A stretch of 59,172 bases of DNA, the filler included, from Stramenopiles sp. TOSAG23-2 (Eukaryota): assembly GCA_900128395.1 (NCBI GenBank). It is 4 parts of 4 records of this genome, joined end to end, with 100 filler letters (N's around TTAATTAATTAA, not from the genome) between each part and the next. Parts side by side here need not be neighbours in the genome. Positions count along the whole stretch, not along the records: positions 1 to 14,792 come from LT649746.1; 3 more parts are not named here. One strand, written 5' to 3'. Shown in pieces: positions 1-10,127 of the stretch. A program made the translations under genes and the position numbers. The notes beneath the pieces are model-generated. The model was not told the origin of the DNA, ran no database searches, and saw only the letters and a program-made list of their open reading frames with translations. Within the stretch, counting starts at the first letter, position 1. The number at the start of each line of letters is the position of its first letter.

Positions 1-446
1 TTTACTCATGATAATTCCTACTCTTCAAAAGAATAAAATATCTGAAATAATCTATCTCACACTAGTGTGTGTTGATATTCTCATAATCGAGAATACCAAT
101 GAAGGTAAATAGATGGTATCAACTACTCATAATAGCTGATGGAAAACGGACACATCATAGGAAGGCGGAGAATAAATTTTGTCATATAATTATAAAATGA
201 TTAATTTAATGCATAATAAGTTATTTTTTAATTTACTCACATGATAAATTCCTACTCTCCAGAAAGAATACAATAACTGAAGACAATAATATCATATCTC
301 TATCTCACTAAACTGAAAGATGGGCATATATATATGATATATATATCATATGCATATATTTACATTAGTGCTAATATAAAACGTATACTGTATGATACGT
401 ATTAAATTATTTACGTTACATCGTGCGAACATCGTTCGTACGAATA

Positions 447-3400
447 CTACGTATCATACTTCCAAACTTTTACAACTCCACTATCATCACCGACTAACAA
501 ATAATGACCATTTCTGGATATAAACTTCATATCCACATTATGTTTACCACGTATCATATCATCAGTTACACTATTCTTCGAACTTTGCTGCGTAAAATGA
601 GATGGACGTGCTTGAACCGTTTGACTCAAATGTATACGTGTATCAATATCTTCACCACTTTCTTCATACAAATCTGTATACATAATTTCGCAAGGACGTT
701 GGAATGTTTCAGATGCATTGTCTTCAGCAACATCCCAGGACCGTATAAATCCATCTGTACCAGTAGTTAATAATAAATTTTTCGTTTGTGCCAACATTCC
801 AGGCAAACCAAAGCCTGTCCATATGAAGGAAGATACAAAGTCCGTATTGTTTTTATTCCGTGCACCACCAGTACTACTTGTATTGGTATGTAATCCACCT
901 TGTAATAATGAAGATGTTGAAAAGATCTTATTTTTTAAGGAGTCTTTCTCTACATTGATTTGATTTTGTACTAAAAAATTGCCATATCCATTCTTTTCCC
1001 CCCATGTAGATCGATTTGCAAAATTTAACGACATTTCATCCAACATTGGTGTTGCCATGACATCGTCAGGTTTTGTATTTACCGATAATGTTCGAAATAC
1101 GTGCAAACATGTGTTTGACAAAATATCCCACACACTGACTTCATTATTACCTGCTGCAGTTATTACCACAGGTGTGTCAGCTGATGGGGCTTCTGGAAAT
1201 GGAGAAGATGGGATTGACATTTTATGTATTGGACTCCTTGAACTGTGGCGCCATAATTTACCCATTACATTGAAACGCAAATCCCATAACGCAATATAAC
1301 CATCTTCCGTTCCAACTGTCATCCAAGGCACAGAGGTTGTATCAGTAATAGCAAATGATGATATGTTACCAAGTCCAGGGTGCATGACACACGTATGGGC
1401 AGTTTGTTTCATTCGCAAATCTTCCCCACGAATAACTCCACCAGCTGTTGCGTACAAAATAGTCGAGGAAACGGTGCCAGTTAGACTAGCCACCTCTTTA
1501 ATTGCTCCTTCATTTTCTGTTTTATACTTTCTTATTTGATTAAACGGTGCAGATTCAACACATAAGACTTCAACGTTACCTCCAGCAGTTCCATATAAAA
1601 ACGATTTTGTATTATCATACGTAGCCATGGAAGATACGGCAGTATCATCTATGGTTTTTCTAACAGCAGACGATCTATTTTTTACATCGATAAATAAATT
1701 TTCAAATCTCCATGCTCGAATAGTAGCATCCAATGAACCTGTTAGGAACAAGCTTTGATCATCTGGCACTGCAATTGATGTAATACCCTTCGTATGTTCC
1801 CCATTCAATTCGGCTAATAAAGTTTTGAATTTTTCACATCGTTGACGCGTTGGAGATGCAGTGCCGTGGGTACCAAATTGTTTAATATTCGATCCACGTG
1901 AATTATTGTTCTCTTTCGGATTCAGCGTTATATTTCTATCATTAAAAACACTTTTATACTTGTATATTTCTCCATTGATATCTGTGCAATATGATGTAAA
2001 TTCTTCCATATCATCATCTCGCAAAAATCCCATGTATGGTGGTAGTTTTGGAATACGCAGTGATTGAAATTGCTTTTTTAAACGCCTGCCAATTCGTTTA
2101 TGATTCACAGAAACGCCATATGCAGTTCGAATCTGGTCTACGACGGCTACATCCGCAGTCAGTTTCTTTCCATTTCTCTTCGCATGCCTACTACTAAATA
2201 CTAATGGAATATCACTTGGTTTTATAAAACGTTGATCGGGAATTGATATTGTGCGTTGTGGTACATTTTGTATGTTAACAATCGATTTATCGGATGGCAA
2301 TAATGGGCCGTTAAATGCTACTTCCAATTTCATCACCTCGTCCTCTTCGTCACTGTTATTTTCGACATCTTTTTGCACTTCAATTTGAAATAATGTATTT
2401 CTCCTCAATTTTTCCAAAGAAGACATGCGTTGTATATAGCGATTGTAGGAATGTCGATGACCCCATACAGCTCGTATATGTTTCCCAACATATTCTTGCA
2501 TATTTTCATTATATTCCGCAAGTGACATTCCAACTTTTGCTAGAAAATCTTCTTTGTCATGAAATTCAGGTGGTGAATCACTTGTAACCAGTGAATAATA
2601 ATTGATTTTTGAAATTGGTTGAATCAATAAAGAATATAAACTACTTCTAGTGCGTTCCTCCTTTTCTTTATTTATCAATATGTCAGGCAGTGTAATCTTC
2701 ATTTCTTTATTTGATATGAAACTACGTAATATAGGCATTATATAAACTTGAATTTCCACTTGGCTTAAAATTGACAATACAACTGCGAAATAGGAAACAG
2801 CACATTTTCGAATAGTAAGCGATGGGTGGCATAATAATGGTGACGTATGGGTACAAACCCTTTGTATCTCAATTGGGCGTGCTTTTACTTGATCGAATGA
2901 AATTTTTAAACGACTGATGGAAGTTAAGCAATCCAAAGCTTCTTTTACGACAATTTCATGTCCATCAGCAAATGCATCCTCAATAAATGTAATCATAGTG
3001 GGAATCATAGTGGGTAAATATGGTGCAGCTACTGATATACTTTGAAAAAATGTTTTTCGCAATTGCCAATCATCCCGCTCATTCATGAATGATATCATCC
3101 ATGGAAATATTTTATCGTTGCTATAATCGGAACCAAAAAAATTACACAAGGATGCAAGATTGCGAAGCAATGATTGTTTGATCATACTATTTGTTGAATC
3201 GCCACTTTTACCATTTTTACTACGACTACTTGGTGGGTGCAATGCAGATCGTCTTGTCGCAGCTACTAAACTTGATATGATATTTCCAACAGCATCGCGT
3301 AATCGGTCTAGTTCAAAATCATAGCTACCATCCACTACTATATTTGCATTCATTGATATACTCGCGGTGGCACTTTCAGTCGAACAGTCATTTTCACCGT

Positions 3401-5564
3401 CATTACCTTTCATGATAGCACCCCTATTGTTATACGATTTATTGCTCTTTAAAATTGTAAGTCGCTGCCTCTCAGCATGGGATATATCTAAAAAACGTTT
3501 ACTAATTATAGCAACTTCTGCAAGCGATTCGACAAATGCTAATTTTACACCTTTCGATGTTTCAGATGCCAATGGTGTCATTCCTGGAAATATATATTCT
3601 GGAAAAATATTGGTATCCGAAGATGGGACGTTCTCAACACTTCCAAGTACTTGTGTTAGGGCTCTTATAGCAGCTGCTCTTAACGATGGTAAGGGATCCC
3701 GAAGCAATGCTATAATATATGGTATAGTGCGTTGCAACCTTGCTTCATCTGTTGCGTATAGGGATAAACGTTGCAATAAATATAAGCCAGTTAAACGACA
3801 TTCACAGTCATTCACATGTTGAATATTGGAACATAACAATTGTATAATTATAACAATACTTTCATTTCTACATTGCTTCCCTTCGTATGGCAGTTGAAAG
3901 ATATGTGCTTTCGATTTTATGTTTTGTTTTTTATTATCATTCTTGTTATTATTATCTAAGTCTACATTCAAACTTGTAGAATTTTTGTTGTTAGCATTAC
4001 CACCATCGTCGTCTTTGCCATCATCATCTTCGTCATTACTATTTATCACATTTTTAATATCTCTTTCTAAGTCCGACAAATCCCACCATTTGTCTTGAAA
4101 TTTAGGTATATTTGCCTCCTCTTCATATCTTAAGTTATGTTCATTTGCTTCTGGTAAGTGAGAATCTCTACCTAATATATTATGTACATTCATACGATCC
4201 TGGAAAAAATTATCACCTTCTTCATCCATAACACCTACGACGTTTTCCACTAAATCTTTATAATTCTTGCATATAGCAAGAATTTTCATATCTGGGGATG
4301 CATTCTCTTTTAACATCATAGATGCCATAAATGGAAATAAACACGTATTAAAAGCATTTGGGAATACACCATTAGCATTATCATCCATAGTATATCTACT
4401 TAAATATTCTTCTGCTGTATAACGTTTATGCGTATCATGATGCAACATACTTTGTATCATAGTTGATACATCATGATTATTCACTTTTTCCAATGCTATT
4501 GCTAATGCACGTCTAGATTCTTCACCACCTGTTCTATATTTTAATAATTTGGACAGATCAAAAAGTGGTGAGTTTCCATCCAAAAACAACTCTGCTATGA
4601 CACATCCTATAGAAAATATATCCATCCCTTCTGACAAAATACCATCTTGTGGTCCATGGTGTATGGAACTAAACGATTCTCCTCGATCTTTTCTTTTCTG
4701 GCTTGCGTTTCGTTTTAATTTCGATGCAGCCATATCTAACGCATGTTTATGCAATTTAATGTTTTGCATACTGTCATTATTAGCTCCATAAAAACTTTTC
4801 TTTGCTGCTGCTAACTTTCGTTTTTCATGTAATGTTGAAGTTGTTTTTGCATCAAAAGAAACTGCACTTTCCTTTACTGCTGCTAACATTCGTTTTTCAT
4901 GTAATGTTGAACTTGTTTTTGCATCTAAATCTGCATAATCGCTATAAAAACGTTCGGGGGCAATGTAACATCGTCTACGACCCCCACTATTAAAAAAGTA
5001 ATAATATCCGGCTGGATCATCCTCTGGTAAGTAACAAGGTTTGAAAAATGCAAAATCAGATAAAAAGATCCAATTCCAAGAGGTTAATAAGATATTTTCA
5101 CTCTTTATATCGCCATGGCGTATGCCAATATCATTACATTGTGAAATTGCTCTTAAAAGTTGATATGTAATCCATTTTTTTTCTATCGTCATTAAAAATG
5201 GTCTTGTGTTAAAACGATCGTATAAATTATGTGGCATATATTGCCTTACTAAAAAGGCAGCACCAAGGTTTTCCAAATCATGAAATTGCTGATATGGGAA
5301 GATATTAGGCTGGTCGATTATTGATACTTTTTGTCGTAAATGAACTAATTTTTTTTCATATTCATGCAACGATAAATTTCGATTACGCTTCACGTAAACT
5401 TTTACCACTACTTGTGAACCATGTCGATCCTTGCATAAAATAGTTTTAATAAATTTTCCACCCCCTAATAATCCTTGATAAATAAATTTGTATCTACTCT
5501 CTTCTAAATATACTCTTGGATCTTGCTGCCCAGCAATTCTTCCAGTTGGTACAGCAAGGCCCAT
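447..5564 (-). CDS. VPS15: Vps15/PIK3R4 phosphoinositide 3-kinase regulatory subunit (kinase + HEAT + WD40)
   Basis: 1705-aa intronless ORF starting MG. Kinase domain with HGDIKSENILLTSWNW..LSDFAFFKP.YLPEDDP and RRRCYIAPERF, then HEAT repeats (EARLQRTIPY) and C-terminal WD40 repeats. Confidence 0.95.
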   Translation of the reverse strand: MGLAVPTGRIAGQQDPRVYLEESRYKFIYQGLLGGGKFIKTILCKDRHGSQVVVKVYVKRNRNLSLHEYEKKLVHLRQKVSIIDQPNIFPYQQFHDLENLGAAFLVRQYMPHNLYDRFNTRPFLMTIEKKWITYQLLRAISQCNDIGIRHGDIKSENILLTSWNWIFLSDFAFFKPCYLPEDDPAGYYYFFNSGGRRRCYIAPERFYSDYADLDAKTSSTLHEKRMLAAVKESAVSFDAKTTSTLHEKRKLAAAKKSFYGANNDSMQNIKLHKHALDMAASKLKRNASQKRKDRGESFSSIHHGPQDGILSEGMDIFSIGCVIAELFLDGNSPLFDLSKLLKYRTGGEESRRALAIALEKVNNHDVSTMIQSMLHHDTHKRYTAEEYLSRYTMDDNANGVFPNAFNTCLFPFMASMMLKENASPDMKILAICKNYKDLVENVVGVMDEEGDNFFQDRMNVHNILGRDSHLPEANEHNLRYEEEANIPKFQDKWWDLSDLERDIKNVINSNDEDDDGKDDDGGNANNKNSTSLNVDLDNNNKNDNKKQNIKSKAHIFQLPYEGKQCRNESIVIIIQLLCSNIQHVNDCECRLTGLYLLQRLSLYATDEARLQRTIPYIIALLRDPLPSLRAAAIRALTQVLGSVENVPSSDTNIFPEYIFPGMTPLASETSKGVKLAFVESLAEVAIISKRFLDISHAERQRLTILKSNKSYNNRGAIMKGNDGENDCSTESATASISMNANIVVDGSYDFELDRLRDAVGNIISSLVAATRRSALHPPSSRSKNGKSGDSTNSMIKQSLLRNLASLCNFFGSDYSNDKIFPWMISFMNERDDWQLRKTFFQSISVAAPYLPTMIPTMITFIEDAFADGHEIVVKEALDCLTSISRLKISFDQVKARPIEIQRVCTHTSPLLCHPSLTIRKCAVSYFAVVLSILSQVEIQVYIMPILRSFISNKEMKITLPDILINKEKEERTRSSLYSLLIQPISKINYYSLVTSDSPPEFHDKEDFLAKVGMSLAEYNENMQEYVGKHIRAVWGHRHSYNRYIQRMSSLEKLRRNTLFQIEVQKDVENNSDEEDEVMKLEVAFNGPLLPSDKSIVNIQNVPQRTISIPDQRFIKPSDIPLVFSSRHAKRNGKKLTADVAVVDQIRTAYGVSVNHKRIGRRLKKQFQSLRIPKLPPYMGFLRDDDMEEFTSYCTDINGEIYKYKSVFNDRNITLNPKENNNSRGSNIKQFGTHGTASPTRQRCEKFKTLLAELNGEHTKGITSIAVPDDQSLFLTGSLDATIRAWRFENLFIDVKNRSSAVRKTIDDTAVSSMATYDNTKSFLYGTAGGNVEVLCVESAPFNQIRKYKTENEGAIKEVASLTGTVSSTILYATAGGVIRGEDLRMKQTAHTCVMHPGLGNISSFAITDTTSVPWMTVGTEDGYIALWDLRFNVMGKLWRHSSRSPIHKMSIPSSPFPEAPSADTPVVITAAGNNEVSVWDILSNTCLHVFRTLSVNTKPDDVMATPMLDEMSLNFANRSTWGEKNGYGNFLVQNQINVEKDSLKNKIFSTSSLLQGGLHTNTSSTGGARNKNNTDFVSSFIWTGFGLPGMLAQTKNLLLTTGTDGFIRSWDVAEDNASETFQRPCEIMYTDLYEESGEDIDTRIHLSQTVQARPSHFTQQSSKNSVTDDMIRGKHNVDMKFISRNGHYLLVGDDSGVVKVWKYDT
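4794..4925. repeat. Diverged in-frame tandem duplication (period 72 bp) inside the VPS15 kinase insert
   Basis: DAKTSSTLHEKRMLAAVKES / DAKTTSTLHEKRKLAAAKKS; the copies differ by several substitutions. Confidence 0.9.
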
Positions 5565-5589
5565 AATAATATTGTATTCTTATTTATTC

Positions 5590-5622
<33 letters not shown>

Positions 5623-6199
5623 AATTGGTATTTAATATATATATATGGTGCGTTTATATATATTTCCGTGCGTGCGTGTGTGCTTGTATATATATATATA
5701 TATAGACCGTATTTATGAAGTTAATAAAGCTTGTTGTCTTTTATAATTGTAATATTTTATATATCCTTCTTATTCAACTTATTGGAATCTAATTTTCCTA
5801 AAGCACTAAACATTCCAATACATCATCAGTATTCATTTAGTCTAATAAATAATACTGTAAGATCTCTGGATCTTTCACACAACAACTTTCACACTTTTGG
5901 TGGTGTTTTGTGTTTTGCCATTTGGATTTTTTCTTTGCCTGTATGTGCCTATCAAATATCGTAGAAGAAGAAGTATAATAAAATTTTATGGGCCCGCCGT
6001 TATAATAAATTTATAGTTGAAATAACTGTGATAATAATAAATATATGTCACTAATACTGGAAATACACAAACGTGCAAACCATTTTCTTCCATATTAGTT
6101 TTTTGTATGTTTTCTTTTTTACATATATATATATATCCTTCTTATAATAACAAATAGAAAATAAGGAAAAGATTTTTATTTGTAGAATAATAATCGAAA

Positions 6200-9100
6200 A
6201 TGACAAATCGTAATGATAAAAAATTTCATTTATTACAATTAAATCCAACGACGAAAAAAATGGAAGCAAAAACAAATAGAAGCTCTAACATTAATATGCC
6301 TGTAGTAGATAAAATCAAGCAATTAAAACGAAATTTAAATAATCAAGTAAATATTTGTCACTTTAACTTTCAACAACGACATGGTAAATTAGATATCAAA
6401 CTTCTTGAACGTATTGATTTAGATGATATTATTGATAATAATAATATTGAACAAATCCATAATAGTATTGAAAATATAACATTTGCAAAAATTGAGGTAA
6501 AAGATTTAAATTTTTTAGCAGATGCATTACAAATTAAATTATATCACTTGTTTCAGTTTGCTGTAGAGTATTTTCTAAATATGCATTTACATTCATCACA
6601 AAAAGCATTGAAATATAAGAAACAAAATGAAAAGTTAAAATTATTGAGTAAAAGTAAAAATGAATACAATAAACTTTTATTGAAGGAAAATAAACATTTA
6701 AAGCAAGGTATGAACTTACAATGTAAAGCGTTGATGGCATATGAAAATTTGTTATTGCGTGGTATTCAAGATAAAAATACACCGTATACCTACAATATAG
6801 TTACTGAATGGAGAGAAAAATTTGAAATTTTTAATGCAAAAAACAAAATGAAAAATAAGACAAGAGCTAGTAAAGAGAAAGTGAAAGAGAAGAATAATAT
6901 TAGTAAAAGTAGTAATGTTGAAAATACAAATCCGTAATGATAAAAAATTTCATTTATTACAATTAAATCCAACGACGAAAAAAATGGAAGCAAAAACAAA
7001 TAGAAGCTCTAACATTAATATGCCTGTAGTAGATAAAATCAAGCAATTAAAACGAAATTTAAATAATCAAGTAAATATTTGTCACTTTAACTTTCAACAA
7101 CGACATGGTAAATTAGATATCAAACTTCTTGAACGTATTGATTTAGATGATATTATTGATAATAATAATATTGAACAAATCCATAATAGTATTGAAAATA
7201 TAACATTTGCAAAAATTGAGGTAAAAGATTTAAATTTTTTAGCAGATGCATTACAAATTAAATTATATCACTTGTTTCAGTTTGCTGTAGAGTATTTTCT
7301 AAATATGCATTTACATTCATCACAAAAAGCATTGAAATATAAGAAACAAAATGAAAAGTTAAAATTATTGAGTAAAAGTAAAAATGAATACAATAAACTT
7401 TTATTGAAGGAAAATAAACATTTAAAGCAAGGTATGAACTTACAATGTAAAGCGTTGATGGCATATGAAAATTTGTTATTGCGTGGTATTCAAGATAAAA
7501 ATACACCGTATACCTACAATATAGTTACTGAATGGAGAGAAAAATTTGAAATTTTTAATGCAAAAAACAAAATGAAAAATAAGACAAGAGCTAGTAAAGA
7601 GAAAGTGAAAGAGAAGAATAATATTAGTAAAAGTAGTAATGTTGAAAATACAAATCCAAACAAAAATGCAAATGCTTCTTCATCATCTTCGAGTGATTTA
7701 ACAACGTTGAAACCGGTATTAGAGAAAGTCGTTGAACGCGCGCTTGTAAAACAAGCACATGTTACTCGAAAACAGGAGGTTGAAGATGAATTGAATTTAA
7801 TAAACATGCAATTAAAAAAGGCTGAACAGCAGCTTAAGGTTGTAAAATCAGAAGAAAATTTGAAAAATATTACGAATTCTAGTATATTAGAAAAGTTAGA
7901 CATATTAGCAAAACGTGGGGAAGAATTATTTGCAAAACAGCAACAAGTAACAACCGATACAAAACCAACGACGCCAATAATGCAAGTTGAAATGAAAAAA
8001 GAGTCTAGAACAGTATCGACACAATCGCCAAAAGCAAGGAGATATTTATTTAAAGCTGGTGATAGAGTTGAAGCAGATGTTGAGTGGGATGAGTATTATC
8101 CTGGCACGGTCAAAAACGTTAATGATGACGGAACATATCATGTCATATTTGATGATGGCGAGGAAATCGAACGTGTTCTTGAGAGACAGATTCAAAAAGA
8201 AAGTATCGAAGCTGAGGAAAATATGGTGAATCTTGAAGTGCGAAATGTAGATGAAGAGATAGCGGCTTCCGCCCCTCCAACTACTGTAGTCGTTAGCGAG
8301 AAAGATCATTTCAAGAATAAACAAAAATGTCTTGAAGATATCATTGTACGAATGCGAACGAAAAAATTACGAGATACAGTTACAAATTGGAAATTACATA
8401 TCGCGCATCTTAAATATCTTAAAATTCAACATGAAAAGGAAGAATTTCAAGCAACATCGTTGAAAATGCAGGAAGAAATTGATTTACTAAAAGCTCAAAA
8501 ATTGGTATATGAGGAAAATCAAAAGAAACATAGAACAAAGATATCATCATTTGCACCGAAAGATACCGTTTCTGGTATATACACGGAAGAGGAAATTGCT
8601 TTAATAGTGAAACGATATTTAAGAGCATTAGAGCAAAAAGAAATAACAAATTCAATTTCTGATCGAATGGATAAAATAGATATGGATATAATGCACAAAA
8701 TGAATGATCCATCAGAATTCATATTTAAAGCTGAAGTATCGAGAAGAACAGATCGTTCGTTTCTTCTACCAGATTCACATCCAATACCAAGACACAAATT
8801 TATTGCAGCTAAATATCCACATCAAGTGAAAGAAATAAGAAAGCAAATTAATATAATAAATGGGAAACTACTTGAAAAAGCAAGAAAAGAATATGCTTTA
8901 GATCTTACAAAAAAACAATATTCAAATACCATGAATGAAAACTTACATCACAAAGTGATGAAGCACAATGCTATACATCTTGAACATTTGGAAGAGAATG
9001 AACAAAATAAGATGGAAGAGTTTAGTAACTTATCAGATTCACATGTAAAGGATTATTTCAAGAACGATTCGTTATATAAATTATATCTAGAGGAACGCGG

Positions 9101-10127
9101 GAAACACACTATCTCAAGTCATGAATTTCATGAGCGTGCAGAATTAAATAAGGTTTTAAAAGCGGCGATGGAGAATATACAAATACGCCGTTTAAGGCGT
9201 AAGCGACATCATCCGGAGACGTCAAAGATGGAACAATTAAGAATTGATAGGCAACTTGAACATCTTTTAAAAGGTGTAAAAAAGAAAAAAGACGTTAATT
9301 TTTGGAATGACGGCGATGATGTAGATGAAGAAAATGAAGGTGACAAGGAAGGAAGATATCAAAAGAGACCTCCATCACCACCATTGCCTCCAAAAACAGA
9401 TTCACCGCCGTTGCCATCAAGAAATAGTGCAAACAGTCCACCGCCATTACCAGCGCGTGAAATACCATCTCCAACTGAAAGAAATAATACTAATGATAAT
9501 GAAAAAAGTCCTCCTCAGAATATGAATTTACTTACTCAAAAAAGCAATGCATCAAATGCAAAAAACACACCAAAAATACAAATTCCTGCTCGACAACGAG
9601 CGGTATCAGCAGGTAGAAGAATGTTATCCAAGAAAACACCAAGTCCTAGAAATAGCGGTAACATAGTTACGTCACCATCGCCTGTGTCACCAAAATCTCC
9701 TTTTTCAAACCCAAAAAAGATAGTTCAAGAAGCCAGTGATAGCAACATAAAGGTAAAAGAAACTGTATCAAATGACGATGATGAATTTGATGAAATTATA
9801 GAAGATTCTGTAGAAACTCCATCTTCATCTTTACGAAATAAAAGCAGAAAGAAAACACCATTATCATCAGGTGCAAAGAAATTATGGTCAATGGATGATG
9901 AAGATGACTCTGTAAATCAATCCAAAACTGAAAAAGAGAAAGTATCTATTAACAAGGCTGATACCCAAAATACAGCTTTACATAGTACGAATAAAAATAA
10001 TGATAAAAGTCATGAGGATATGACGAATAATAATAAATCAAAGTGTTTCTACTTTTATTGCTATAGTTGTATCCAGTTTCTGGTAATAGCCGTGTTTTCG
10101 ATGATCTTACTGATGAAGGACGATTAA
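6200..10127 (+). CDS. DZIP1/Iguana-like basal-body protein with a Tudor-like domain; 5' part duplicated in this assembly, 3' end uncertain
   Basis: FNFQQRHGKLDIKLLERIDLDDII...IENITF...LYHLFQFAVEYFL matches the DZIP-like N-terminal domain, followed by coiled coil. FKAGDRVEADVEWDEYYPGTVKNVNDDGTYHVIFDDG is Tudor-like. Collapsing the 724-bp duplication gives one ORF from ATG 6200. Confidence 0.75.
6209..7656. repeat. Apparently exact 724-bp tandem duplication (6209-6932 / 6933-7656), frameshifting
   Basis: The ORF translations of both copies are identical; ACAAATC microhomology at the junction. Confidence 0.95.
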
